Shown piece after piece: positions 1 through 11,149 of a DNA stretch of 32,780 nt; the stretch's first letter is position 1; each line of letters starts with the position of its first letter. This DNA is from Chiloscyllium plagiosum (Eukaryota). The stretch is taken from contig NC_057720.1 of NCBI RefSeq assembly GCF_004010195.1, positions 3,114,462 to 3,147,241 of the forward strand. Reading direction: 5' to 3'. The position numbers and the translations under genes are program-made. Below the pieces are notes generated by a model. That model worked only from the letters and a program-made list of their open reading frames with translations, made no database searches and was not told the DNA's origin.

Positions 1-395
1 CAGGCAGCATCAGGAGGGACAGACAGGAGGTTGGGGGAACACAGCAAGGCAGGCAGCATCAGGAGGGACAGGCAGGAGGCTGGGGGATCACAGCAAGGCA
101 GGCAGCATCAGGAGGGACAGGCAGGAGGCTGGGGGATCACAGCAAGCCAGGCAGCATCAGGAGGGACAGGCAGGAGGCTGGGGGAACACAGCAAGGCAGG
201 CAGCATCAGGAGGGACAGGCAGTAGGCTGGGGGAACACAGCAAGCCAGGCAGCATCAAGAGGGACAGGCAGTAGACTGGGAGAACACAGCAAGCCAGGCA
301 GCATCAGGAGGCTGGGGGAACACCGCAAGCCAGGCAGCATCCGGAGGGACAGGCAGGAGGCTGGGGGAACACAGCAAGGCAGGCAGCATCAGGAG
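1..395. repeat. 49-bp minisatellite (~8 copies, runs off the left edge) derived from a Penelope-like element terminal sequence
   Basis: Unit CAGGCAGCATCAGGAGGGACAGGCAGGAGGCTGGGGGAACACAGCAAGG recurs every 49 nt; one unit near 292-328 is internally deleted. The unit is the reverse complement of 446-493. Confidence 0.92.
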
Positions 396-497
396 GTAGA
401 GAAGTCGACATTTCAGGTGTAACCCTTCTTCAGGATTTCCCTAACTCCTGATGCTGTCTGGCTTGCTGTGTTCTTCCAGCCTCCAGCCTGTCTACTT
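350..497 (-). mobile_element. Penelope-like short element with inverted arm
   Basis: The 350-403 arm is mirrored by 436-493 (TCCTGATGCTGTCTGGCTTGCTGTGTTCTTCCAGC), with a hammerhead motif between them. Confidence 0.7.
404..435 (-). ncRNA. minimal type-I hammerhead ribozyme motif (CpG-decayed)
   Basis: Minus strand reads UC-CUGAAGA-A-GGGU-UAC-ACCU-GAAAU-GUC-GAC. Confidence 0.55.
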
Positions 498-1150
498 TCA
501 ATAGGATCATGGCTGATCCGGCAGCCCTCATGTCCATTTTCCTGCCCTTTCCCCACAACTGATCAAGAATCTCTCTCTCAGCCTTAAATATCCACAAAGA
601 CTTTGCCTGTGCAGCTCTCTATGACAAGGAGTTCCAAAGACTCACAAACCTCTGAGAGAAGAAATTTCTCCTCATCTTCGTCTTAAACTGGTTGCCCTTT
701 ATTCTGAGACTGTGACCCCAGTCCTAGACTCTCGCCCATGAGGAGAAACATTCTCTCAGCATTGACCCTGTCAAGTCCCTTAAGACTCCGATATGTTTCA
801 ATGAGATCACCTCTGACTCTTCTAAACTCCAGTGAGTAGAGCCCCAACCTGTTTAACGTTTGCTCATAAAACTATCCCTCCATACTGCTGATTATCCCAA
901 TGAACCCTCTCTGACCTGCCTCCAATGAAGTGATATCTCTCCTTAAATAAGGGGGCATAACTGCTCACAGTGCCTCAGATGTGGTCTCCCCAGACCCTTG
1001 TACAGTTGCAGTAAGACTTCCCTACTCTTATACTCCAATCCCCTTGAAATAAGGCCAACATTCCATCAGCCTTTCTGATTACCTGCTGCCCCTGTGTGCT
1101 GGCTTTCTGTGTTTCTGTGCACAAGTTCCCCTTTGCAGTTTTTCTCAACT
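498..1150 (-). mobile_element. CR1 LINE 3' part; the host copy continues at 2010-2387 and 3640-4170
   Basis: Reverse complement of the CR1 ORF2 C-terminus and 3' UTR, homologous to the plus-strand copies at 18290-19845 and 32008-32322. Confidence 0.8.
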
Positions 1151-1296
1151 TAGAATGTTATCACTCATGGGATAAGGGCATCACTGAATGTGCCAGCATT
1201 TATTGCCCATCCCTAATTGCCCAGAGGGCAGTTAAGAGTCAGCCCCATTGCTGTAGGTAAAAACAATGACTGCAGATGCTGGGAACCAGATTCTGA

Positions 1297-1607
1297 TTAG
1301 ATTAGATTACATTACAGTGTGGAAACAGGCCCTTCGGCCCAACAAGTCCACACCGACCCGCCGAAGCGCAACCCACCCATATCCCTACATTTACCCCTTA
1401 CCTAACACTACGGACAATTTAGCATGACCAATTCACCTGACCTGCACATCTTTGGACTGTGGGAGGAAACCGGAGCACCCGGAGGAAACCCACGCAGACA
1501 CAGGGAGAATGTGCAAACTCCACAGTCAGTCGCCTGAGGCGGGGATTGAACCCGGGTCTCTGGCGCTGTGAGGCAGCAGTGCTAACCACTGTGCCACCGT
1601 GCCGCCC
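1297..1607 (-). mobile_element. HE1 SINE (V-SINE), full length
   Basis: Minus strand starts GGGCGGCACGGTGGCACAGTGGTTAGC (A box) ... GGGTTCAATCCC (B box), then the V-domain, a CR1/HER1-like tail and (ATCTA)n. Confidence 0.92.
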
Positions 1608-1704
1608 AACAACCCTGTCAACCTAGATTAGTGGTGCTGGAAAAGCACAGCAGTTGAGGCAGCATCCGAGGAGCAGTAAAATCGACATTTTGGGCAAAAG
1701 CCTT

Positions 1705-1737
1705 GCTGATGAAGGGCTTTTGCCCGAAACGTCGATT
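1705..1737 (+). ncRNA. minimal type-I hammerhead ribozyme motif, intact core
   Basis: CUGAUGA-A-GGGC-UUUU-GCCC-GAAAC-GUC-GAUU. The helix I 5' strand is lost at the inversion junction. Confidence 0.7.
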
Positions 1738-2009
1738 TTACTGCCCATTGCTGTAGGTCCGGAGTCACGTGTAGGCCAGATCAGGTAAGGATGGCAGTTT
1801 CCTTCCCTAAAGGTCATTAGTGACCCAGATGGGTTTTTCCAACAATCGACATTGGATTCATGGTCATCATTAGACTGGAACCTCCAGAAATTTTTTATTG
1901 AGTTCAACTTCTACCATCTGCTGTAGTGGGATTCAAATCTAGGTCCCCAGGACATTATCTGGATCTCTGGCTTAATAGTCCAGTGATAATACCATGTGAC
2001 CACCACCTT

Positions 2010-2387
2010 GTTTACTAATGCGATTCTGTTTTTGGTTTTCTCCTTTCCAAAATGAACAACTTCACATTTTCCCACAATAGATTCTATTTGCAAATTTGTT
2101 TACCCATTTGCTTAACCTATCAATATCTTTGCAAAAAAAAAACTGAAAGAACTACAGAAGCTGTAAATCCGAAACAAAAATGGAAATTGCTGGAAAAGCT
2201 CAGCAGGTCTGGCAGCACCTGTGGAGAGAAATCAGAGTTAATGCTTTAGGTCAAATGACCCTCCTTCAGAACTGTGCAATATCTCTCCTTCTCACAACCT
2301 GCCTGTCACCCAGTTTTAGTGTCATCTGCAAATTGGGCTACAGTCGATCCACTTCCTTCCTACAAGTCATTCATATATATTGGAGAC
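2010..2387 (-). mobile_element. CR1 LINE RT fragment (degraded host copy)
   Basis: Minus-strand translation VGKCEVVHFG. GTCATCTGCAAA at 2321-2332 encodes FADD on the minus strand. Confidence 0.75.
2135..2274 (-). mobile_element. Penelope-like short element with degenerate hammerhead
   Basis: GCTGGAAAAGCTCAGCAGGTCTGGCAGC core. Minus strand reads AGUU-CUGAAGG-A-GGGUC-AUUU-GACCU-AAAGC-AUU-AACU. Confidence 0.7.
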
Positions 2388-3640
2388 AGTTAGAACATAG
2401 AACATTACAGCGCAGTACAGGCCCTTCGGCCCTTGATGTTGCGCCGACCTATCATACCAATCTGAAGCCTATCCCACCTACACTATTCCATGTACGTCCA
2501 TATGCTTGTCCAATGACAACATAAGTGTACTTAAAGCTGGAGAATCTAATACGTTGCAGGCAAAGTATTCCATACCCTTACTACTCCCTGAGTAAAGAAA
2601 CTACCTCTGACATCTGTCCTATATCTATCACCCCTCAATTTAAAGCTATGCCCCTCATGCTCGCCATCACCATACTTGGAAAAAGGCTCTCCCTGTCCAC
2701 CCTATCTAACCCTCTGATTATCTTATATGTCTCTATTAAGNNNNNNNNNNNNNNNNNNNNNNNNNNNNNNNNNNNNNNNNNNNNNNNNNNNNNNNNNNNN
2801 NNNNNNNNNNNNNNNNNNNNNNNGCCGCACTAGAGTTTTGTACAGCTGTAGCATAACCTCATGGTTCCGGAACTCGATCCCTCTATTAATAAAAGCTAAA
2901 ACACTGTATGCCTTCTTAACAACCCGGGTGGCAACTTTTAAGGATCTGTGTACATGGACACCGAGATCTCTCTGCTCATCTACACTACCAAGAATCTTAC
3001 CTTTAGCCCAGTACTTTGCATTCCGGTTACTCCGACCAAAGTGAATCACCTCACAATTTACTAACCCACCCTTCTATGCCCTCTTCCAGGTCATTTATAA
3101 AAATGATGAATAGCAGTGGACCCTTGCGGTACACCACTGGTAACCAGACCTCAGGATGAACATTTCCCATCAACCACCACCCTCTGTCTTCTTTCAGCAA
3201 GCCAACTACTGATCCAAACTGCTATATCTCCCACAATCCCATTCCTCCGCATATTGTACAATAGCCTACTGTGGGGAACCTTATCGAGCGCCTTGCTGAA
3301 ATCCATATACACCACATCAACCGGTTTACTCTCATCTACCTGTTTTGTCACCTTCTCAAAGAACTTAATAAGGTTTGTGAGGCACGACCTACCGTTCACA
3401 AAACCAAGCTGACTACCCCTAATCAAATTATTCTTTTCTATATGATTATAAATCCTATCTCTTATAACCTTTTCCAACACTTTACCAACAACTGAAGTAA
3501 GGCTCACTGGTCTATAATTACCAGGATTGTCTCTACCCCCCCTTCTTGAACAGGGGAACCACATTTGCTATCTTCCAGTCTTCTGGCACTATTCCTGTAG
3601 ATGCCAAAGGCTCGGCAATCTCCTCCCTGGCTTCCCAGAG
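2388..3640 (-). mobile_element. younger CR1 LINE (5'-truncated) inserted in the older CR1
   Basis: (TTCTATG)n-type tail at 2390-2405. RT fragments NYRPVSLTSVVGK, SCLTNL, VYMDFSKA, LYKTLVR in ORFs 2723-3049 and 3151-3564, with frameshifts. Confidence 0.9.
2741..2823. other. assembly gap (83 N)
   Basis: Run of N. Confidence 0.99.
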
Positions 3641-4170
3641 TTGCAGTCCCAACACTGATCTTTTTGAAAGCCCACTGGTCTCAGGTCACCAACCTGAAAA
3701 AGAACCCTTTATCCCCGCTCACTGTTTCCTGCCCATGAGCCAATTTTCTATCCATGCCAATATCCTACCTCCAGCAATATGGGCTCTTATGACTAACCAC
3801 CAGTGAGATCAGTTGTTGAAAACCTTCTGAAAATCCAAATGCAACAGTTGTCTCTACCCACTCTGATTGAGAGTTCCTCAAAAAACTCTAATAAATTAGT
3901 CAAACACGATTTCCCTTTCATGAAGCCACGCTGACCCAGCTTGATTAGATTAGGATTTTCTGAATGTTCTGCTGTTATTTCCTTAATAATGACTCCAATA
4001 TTTATCCAATAATAGATGTTAGGCTAATCAGCCTGTAGCTACCTGCTTTTTGACACCTCCCCCCTCTTTTGAATAGGGGTGTCACGTCATCTGGTACTTC
4101 TCCAGAACCCAAGCATTTTTGGAAATTTATACCCAAGCATCCACTATCCCTGTATCTACCTTTAGGATTC
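3640..4170 (-). mobile_element. CR1 LINE RT fragment (resumption of the host copy)
   Basis: AAAAGAACCCTTTATCCC, AAACCTTCTGAAAATCCAAA and CCTCAAAAAACTCTAATAAATTAGTC are reverse complements of the GIKGSFS, LDFQKVF and TNLLEFFE motifs. Confidence 0.8.
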
Positions 4171-4284
4171 TTTAGGCCCAGGAGAACAAAGCAGTTACAA
4201 AATATCTCTTTAGGAGCTTCACTGCTCTGGTCTAGCTCAATTTCAACCCATTCAATCCTAAGTGAGCTCTATGAAACCTATTCC

Positions 4285-4460
4285 TAGTGTTCGTGGGATG
4301 TGGGCTATGTTGGCTGGGTCATCATTAATTGCCGATCCCTCTTTGCTCTGGATAAGGTTAGATACACTGCATTCTTGTGTAATGTCCAGACACCGTTAGC
4401 AAGGGTGTTCCTGGGTTTTGCAACAGTGTATCTCTCCCAGGAGTAAGGATTTATGCATCT
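4285..4460 (-). mobile_element. degraded 3' tail of the Zenon-like CR1 LINE
   Basis: TTCGTGGGATGTGGGC...ATTGCCGATCCCT resembles 15452-15660. Confidence 0.5.
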
Positions 4461-4711
4461 GAACTGGCAGAACAAGGTGTCATTCTTTGGGATGAGAAAA
4501 TCTGTAGCTTTGTTTCCTCAATTAAATTTTGCTGTGTGTCATGCAAACGTGGCATTTCCGATGTTCAACCAGGAACCTGTTCAACTTTTAATTGTTTCAA
4601 AACAAGGTGTGTCATTTAAGAACAGGAGATGGCCATTCAGCCCCCAAACCTGTTGCATCAGACTTTCTGGAAGGGATTTGTTTTTATCGTTCAATTTTTA
4701 ACCTGTTCGTC

Positions 4712-5985
4712 TTTCAGGGGAGTTGGGCATTGCTGGCAAGGCAGGCTTCTATTGCCCATCCCTAATTGCCCTTGAACTGAGTGGCTTGCTGGGCAGTTTC
4801 ACAGGGCAGTTCAGTGTCAACCACAGAGCTGTGAGTCTGCAGTCACATGTACACCAGAGATAAAGAAGAGAAAACATTATTGAACCAGAGGATTTTTTTC
4901 CAATAACTTTCATCATTTATATAAATGATTTAGATGCGAGCATAAAAGGATAGTTAGTAAGTTTGCAGATGACACCAAAATTGGAGGTGTAGTGGACAGC
5001 GAAGAAGGTGACCTCAGATTACAACGGGATCTTGACCAGATGGGCCAATGGGCTGAGAGGTGGCAGATGGAGTTTAATTCAGATAAATGCGAGGTGCTGC
5101 ATTTTGGGAAAGCAAATCTTAGCAGGACTTATACACTTAATGGTAAGGTCCGAGGGAGTGTTGCTGCACAAAGAGATATTGGAGTGCAGGTTCATAGCTC
5201 CTTGAAAGTGGAGTCGCAGGTAGATACGATAGTCAAGAATGCAATTTGGTATGCTTTCCTTTATTGGTCAGAGTATTGAGTACAGACGTTGGGAGGTCAT
5301 GTTGCAGCTGTACAAGACATTGGTTAGACCACTTTTGGCATATTGTGTGCAGTTCTGGTCTCCATCCTATCGGAAGGATGTTGTGAAACTTGAAAGGGTT
5401 CAGAAAAGATTTACAAGGATGTTTCCAGGGTTGAAGGATTTGAGGTACAGGGAGAGGCTGAACAGGCTGGGACTGTTTTGCCTGGAGCGTCGGAGGCTGA
5501 GGGGTGACCTTATAGAGGTTTACAAATTCAAAGACTCTTCCCTGGGATGGGGGAGTCCAGAACTGGAGGGCATAGGTTTACGGTGAGAGGGGAAAGATAT
5601 AAAAGAGACCTAAGGGGCAACGTTTGCACACACAGGGTGGTACGTGTATGGAATGAACTGCCAGAGGAAGTGGTGGAGGCTGGTACAATTGCAACATTTA
5701 AAAGGCATTTGGATGGGTATATGAATAGGAAGGGTTTGGAGGGATATGGGCCGGGTGCTGGCAGGTGGGACTAGATTGGATTGGGATATCTGGTCGGCAT
5801 GGACGGGTTGGACTGAAGGGTCTGTTTCCGTACTGTACGTCTCTATGACTCTATGACTGTATAACCGCTGATAGCTTTTTAAAAAATAAAATCAGGTTTA
5901 TGAATTGAATTCAAATTCCACCAGATGGGAACTGAACCCTTACCTTCAGAGCCTCCAGATCGCTAGTTCAGTGACATTACCTGTC
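4712..5985 (-). mobile_element. tRNA-derived (Meta-like) SINE split by a CR1 insertion
   Basis: Tail and core lie at 4712-4905; the head resumes at 5860-5985 after the CR1 tail. Confidence 0.65.
4906..5858 (+). mobile_element. CR1/HER1 LINE, 5'-truncated
   Basis: SKFADDTK, LQRDLD, WQMEFN, KCEVLHFG and LERVQKRFTRM in broken frames; ends CTCTATGACTCTATGACT. Confidence 0.95.
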
Positions 5986-6225
5986 ACAAAAACGGATATT
6001 GGGCACAGCAAAAGATTCTGTGTGATACAAATGGGCTTCGATTTTTTCGTGAAATAGAAGACAAAGTTAGGAGAAGATCCCAATTCAGAAAAACCTTGAG
6101 AGTGATATAGTGAAAGATTGTTGAGTTGGTAAGTCAGAAATCACAATAGAAAAACATTCAGCTGTCAACACGTGGTCATTAGAATGAGGAGAAAATGGCC
6201 ATGAGTGACCTATTGAGGCTAAGCC

Positions 6226-6850
6226 CATAGAGTCATACAGTTGGAAACAGACTCTTTGGCCCAACTCGTCCATGCTGACTAGACATCCCAATCTGACCTT
6301 GTCCCATTTGCCAGTACTTGGCCCATATCCCTCCAAACCCTTCCTATTCACATACCCATCCAGATGCCTTTTAAATGCTGTAATTGTACCAGTCTCCACC
6401 ACTTCCTCTGGCAGCTCATTCCACACTTGCACCACCCTCTGTGGAAAAGTTGCCCCCTAAATCCCTTTTAGATCTTTCCCCTCTCACCTTAAATCTATTC
6501 CATCTCGTTTTGGACTCACTTACCCAGAGAAAAAAGCCGTGGCTGTGTACCATCTCCATGCCCCTCGTGATTTTATAAACTTCTATAAGGTCATCCCTCA
6601 GCCTCCGACACCCTAGGGAAATAAGCCACAGCCTTTTCAGCCTCTCCCTGGAGCTCAATCCCTTCAACATCCTTGTAAATCTTTTCTGAACCCTTTTTAT
6701 TTTCAAAACATCCTTCCTACAACAGGGAGACAAGAATGAAATGCAGTTTTCCAATAATGCCTCACCGATACCCTGTCCAACTGCAAAATGACCTCCCTAC
6801 TCCTATAATTAATGCATTGACTAATAAAGGCAAGTGTACCAAACCCCTGG
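6226..6850 (-). mobile_element. CR1/HER1 LINE 3' fragment
   Basis: ORF pieces RVQKRFTRM, DLIEVYKI and VWNELPEEVVE; tail CATAGAGTCATA. Confidence 0.9.
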
Positions 6851-7454
6851 TTTAACAAGGAACTTGAGAGGCAGTTGAGAAGATAATTGATCAACTATTG
6901 CGAAAACCTTTTCACAAAGGAACACATACATAAATAATCTTTTCAAAGAGCAGGAAATGATCTAGGTGAGCACTTGAAGAGTTTCGTGTTGCTTCAGGAG
7001 AAACAGATTGTTTCCTCTTTATTGTAATTTCTAGGCTGTTGAGAAATTTCATGCTGAGCCAACCTTTGGTTTCACCATCATCTCTGAAGCATTGCCTCAT
7101 GATTTATCACGTTAACCTGCACTGATGAATACACCGAGTACATTGTGCAGTAACATGACAATGATTCAGACTTGGTTACCTCAAAATCATGTTCTGTCCA
7201 AGTTGTTAACCATTCCCACCAGCAGAATAGAAAATCCAATAGGAGAATCCCAATGATTAGCTGAAACTTTGGACTGGTTACTCCAGATTAGCCAAACGCA
7301 TAGCCTTCTCTACCAACCAATCAGGGCAGAATTAAGCAAAGGGGAAAGTGGACTTTACAGGTATGCCTGTAAACGTTGGCTACACAATGGTCTCGCTCAT
7401 GCCCTGAATGGTCAATAATACTGCCATATACAGGATCACTCATTACTGTTTCGG

Positions 7455-7826
7455 GGGGAGCAATAGCTGAGCAGTATTATTGCTCAACTATTAACTCAGA
7501 GACTCAGGTGAGAGTCTGGTGACCCAGGTTCAACTCCTGCCATGGCTGATGGTGGAATCTGAATCCAATACAAATCTGGAATTAAGAATCAATGTGAAGC
7601 TGATGATGGTCGGGGGGTGGGGGAGTGGGGTGGGGGGGGGGCCCAACTGGTTCACTAATCTCCTTTAGGGAAGGAAACTGCCATCTTTACCCAGTCTGGC
7701 CTACATGTGACTCCAGACTCACAGCAATGTGGTTGACTCTTAACTGCCCTCTGGGCAATTAGACAGGGGCAATAAACGCTGGATGAGCCTAGAATGCCCT
7801 TATCCTATGAATGGATTGAATTAAAA
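7455..7826 (+). mobile_element. tRNA-derived (Meta-like) SINE, near full length
   Basis: B box GGTTCAACTCC; core CTGGTTCACTAATCTCCTTTAGGGAAGGAAACTGCC; tail GGGCAATAAACGCTGG shared with the Zenon-like LINE. Contains an expanded G-run at 7612-7641. Confidence 0.85.
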
Positions 7827-8689
7827 CTATAAATTGAGAAAAACTGCGCAAAGCTGGAACGTAAAGGGACTTGGGAAAAATTCTGTGAGTGAATCTGAAA
7901 GAAAACGGATGTGCTGTCTTGGATCACAGGGTCTGGCAAAATTGTTCTTTTTGGATTTGGTTTACTATAGTTAAGAGAAGACTGGACAACAACTATGTTC
8001 TTAAATATGGGTGTTTGTTCAGTAATAATAATGAATAATGATGAAAATACTGAGAGTAATAAATGAAAAAGAAAGGAGATAAAAGCAACACATCTCACAC
8101 CTTTCTGCCAATCTGGGAGCCCTTGATCGATGGTGGCCTGGGGACTCAGGTTTGCTCTGGCATCATTTGCAATCCAAGGAGGTTCTGACCTCAGAATGAA
8201 GCTCTCTTTCTCTCTCTCTCTCTCTGTTACAACGTGTAACAGACAGAAACTAAAAGACAAAACTGCTGGCTAGTACAGATAATCGACAGGAAAACAAGCG
8301 ACAGCTGCTGTCTTCAGCCCAGAAAGGAACAGACTACTTCGAGGTCATGCAGGCTGTCCAGAAGCATCAGCAATTGCAGCCGATCAGCCCATCCTAGACA
8401 ATCTATTGCCTCTTGTAGCAGTCAAATATCATCAATAGCGTTTAGCCCTTGGCCCAACCTGTACATATGCCACTGCTGTTGCTTGTGCCAATGTAGATGG
8501 CACCAAAACATTCATAAAGTTGTGTTGTTTTGTGATTATCAAGGCACTGCCCACATAGGTAGTGACAATCGAAACACTATCAGGCATAGGCCAGGAAGGT
8601 GGGAACAATGTGTCAATAAAGAGAGGATTGTTGTCTGATGTAACTCTGAAATAACTGCCCACTCAATTATCCGTTTTCCCAGTTGAAGC

Positions 8690-10368
8690 CACAAAAGACA
8701 GAGCTTAGTGATCCCACAGCCAATGGATCAGATCTAAGCTCTGCAGTCCTGCCACATGCAATTGAGAATGGTGGTGGACAATTAAACAACTCACCGGAGG
8801 AGGTGGCTCCACAAATATCCCCATCCTCAATGATGGAGAAGCCCAGCACATCAGTGCAAAAGTGCCCAGTGGATGGTCCATCCTGGCCTCCTCCTGCAGT
8901 CCCCAGTGTCACATTTACCAGACTTCAGCCAATTTGATTCACTCCATGTGATGTCAAGAAATGATTGGAGACACTGGATACTGCAAAGGCAATGGGCCCT
9001 GACACAAAAACAGGGCAAACCCAACTCGGCCAATTACTGTTCCATCAGTCTACTCTCGAAAATCAGTAAAGTGATGGAAGGTGTCAGTAACGGTGCTGTC
9101 AAGCAGCACCTGCTCAGCAATAACCTGCTCAGTGACGCCCAGTTTGGGTTCCCCAGGGTCACTCAGCTCCTGACCTCATTACAGCCTTAGGTCAAACATG
9201 GACAAAAGAGCTGAATTTCGAGGTGGGTGGGAGGTGATAGCCCTTGATATCAAAGCTGCATTCAACCAAGTATGGTATCAAGGAGCCCTGGCAAAACTGG
9301 TAACAATGGGTATCAGGGGGAAAACTCTCCACAGGTTGGAGTCATACCTGGCACATAGGAAGATAGTTGTGGTGGATGGAAGTCAGTCATCTCAGCTCCA
9401 GGACATTGCTGCAGGAGTTCCTCAGGGTAGTGTCCCACCCCCAACCATCTTCAGCTGCTTCATCAATGACCTTCCCTCTATCATAAGGTCAAAAGTGGGG
9501 ATGTTCACCAATGATTACACAATGTTCAGCACCAAATGCCACTTCTCAGATACTGAAGCAGTCTATGTTCAAATGCAACAAGACCCGGACAGTACCCAGG
9601 ATTGAGCTGACAAGTGGCAAATAACATTCACGCCTCACAAGTGCCAGGCTGTGGTTGTCTCTGACAAGAGAATCTAATTTTGATATATAGTGACCTCACC
9701 ATCACTGAATCTCCCGCATTCAACATCCTGGGGTTTACCATTGAAGCAAAACAAAACTTGCCACATAAACACAGTGGCTACAAGAGCTGGTCAGAGACTA
9801 GGAATCCTGCAGCGAGTAACTCACCTCCTGACTCCCCAAAGCCTGTCCACCATCGACAAGGCACAAGTCAGGAATGTGTTGGAATACTCCCCACTTGCCT
9901 GAATGGGGGCAGCTCCAACAACACTCAAGAAGCTTGATACCATCCAGGACAAAGCAGCCCACTTGATTGGTACCACATCCACAAACATCCACTCCCTCCA
10001 CCACTGATGCTCAGGAGCAGCATTGTGTACTGTCTACAAGATGCAGTGCAGAAATTCAGCAAAGATCCTCAGACAGCATCTTCCAAACCCATGACCACTT
10101 CCATCTGGAAGGACAAGGGCAGCAGGTACATGGGAACACCACCCCCTGCAAGTTCCTCTCAAGCCACTCACTTGGAAATATATCACTGTTCCTTCATTGT
10201 TGGTGGGTCAAAATCCTGGATGTCCCTCCCTAAGGGCATTGTGGGTCAACCCACAGCACATGGACTGTAGCAGTTCATGAAGGCAGCTCACCCTCACCTT
10301 CTCAAGGGGGCATCGAGGGACAGGCCCAACCAGTGACTCCCACATCTCATGCGTGAATCAAAGGAAAA
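8690..10368 (+). mobile_element. CR1-superfamily (Zenon-like) LINE, degraded ORF2 plus 3' UTR
   Basis: NYCSISLLS, ALDIKAAF, GVPQGSV, FINDLP, RAGQRLGIL and KAQVRNVLEYSPLA in shifted frames. Confidence 0.9.
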
Positions 10369-10627
10369 AGCCGTGGAGGTGCTCTTGGAGTTTGCAATGC
10401 AGCACAATAAGCTGGAAAGCATATTTGCCAGCACTAAGACACGGTGGTCTGTTAGGAAATGGAACATTGAGCAGAAAGACATTCCTGAGCGTTTCCAGAC
10501 TTGACTCCCACATTTTTCAATGCCCATAAGGTCAGGCCATTGGAAGGTGTGAACAAGTTAAAAATAGACATTTTTCACATATTTTACTGTAGCACTGCAT
10601 TCTCCTATGTTTTTCTTTTGCCTTGGA

Positions 10628-10921
10628 GCAATCCAGGTAACGGTCTGGGGTGCCAAGTTCAAGTCCCACCATGGCAGCTGGTGGAATTTAAATTCAATAA
10701 AAATCAGGAAGTAAAGAGTGACCATGGATCCAGAGATGATTGTCAGAAAAAACCCATCTGGTTCACTAATGGCATCCTTCCGTGGTCTGGCCTACATGTG
10801 ACTCCAGACCCACAGCAATGTACTTGACTTTTAAACTGCCCTCTGAAAAATTAAGGATGGGCAAGAAATGCTGGTCCAGTCAGTGATGCCCTCATCCCAT
10901 GAATGAATATAATTTAAAAAA
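10628..10921 (+). mobile_element. tRNA-derived (Meta-like) SINE
   Basis: AAAACCCATCTGGTTCACTAATG...TGGTCTGGCCTACATGTGACTCCAGACCCACAGCAATG with the shared LINE tail. Confidence 0.85.
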
Positions 10922-11042
10922 TGTTATTCTGATGAGCATAAGACAGCAAGCTTCAATAACGTTGTTCTTTTTAGTGACATTCATGTTCCTCTGCTCTTCC
11001 TTCTTTCAACCAATTAACATTACCAGTTGGGCGTGTAATAGG

Positions 11043-11149
11043 CACAGGGAGAATGTGCAAATTCCACATGACGGTCACGCGAGGCTGGAATCAAACCCAG
11101 GTCCCTGACGCTGTGAGGCAGCAGTGCTAACCACTGAGCCACCATACTG
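11043..11149 (-). mobile_element. HE1 SINE 5' fragment
   Basis: GCTGTGAGGCAGCAGTGCTAACCACTGAGCCACC. Confidence 0.85.

Larger units (their letters stand above)
1255..1743 (-). mobile_element. Penelope-like hammerhead element with 5' inversion, itself interrupted by an HE1 SINE
   Basis: 1255-1295 plus 1625-1704 equals the reverse complement of element 11553-11685. 1674-1704 and 1712-1743 form an inverted repeat. A target-site duplication flanks the element. Confidence 0.8.
1158..2007 (-). mobile_element. tRNA-derived SINE (Meta-domain-like core), interrupted at 1255-1743
   Basis: Matches copies at 7455-7826 and 26663-27010 (core GGGAAGGAAAYTGCCATCCTTACCTGRTCTGGCCTACA). CCCATTGCTGTAGGT is duplicated at 1244-1258 and 1744-1758. 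Confidence 0.8.

Noticed and set aside
1..395. Tandem arrays (also 16087-16281 and 17249-17470) as CRISPR arrays or repeat-protein genes
   Set aside because: Units are contiguous without unique spacers, there are no cas genes, the context is vertebrate, and the ORFs are by-products of repeat periodicity.
1297..1607. tRNA genes at A/B-box sequences
   Set aside because: These are SINE heads followed by V-domain or Meta-like bodies, with no complete cloverleaf.
2121..2284. TSD for the 2135-2274 element
   Set aside because: Two short candidate duplications (CAATATCT, TGCAA) overlap ambiguously and cannot be assigned.
7612..7641. G-run as a functional G-quadruplex
   Set aside because: It is a private low-complexity expansion inside one SINE copy, absent from sibling copies.
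7805..8260. 151-aa minus-strand ORF
   Set aside because: It has a non-ATG start, spans a (GA)n tract and AT-rich sequence, ends in a SINE tail and shows no recognisable domain.
10349..10503. Short protein-looking frame MRESKEKAVEVLLEFAMQ...
   Set aside because: The ATG lies in the LINE tail, it is about 51 codons, and there is no splice or homology support.
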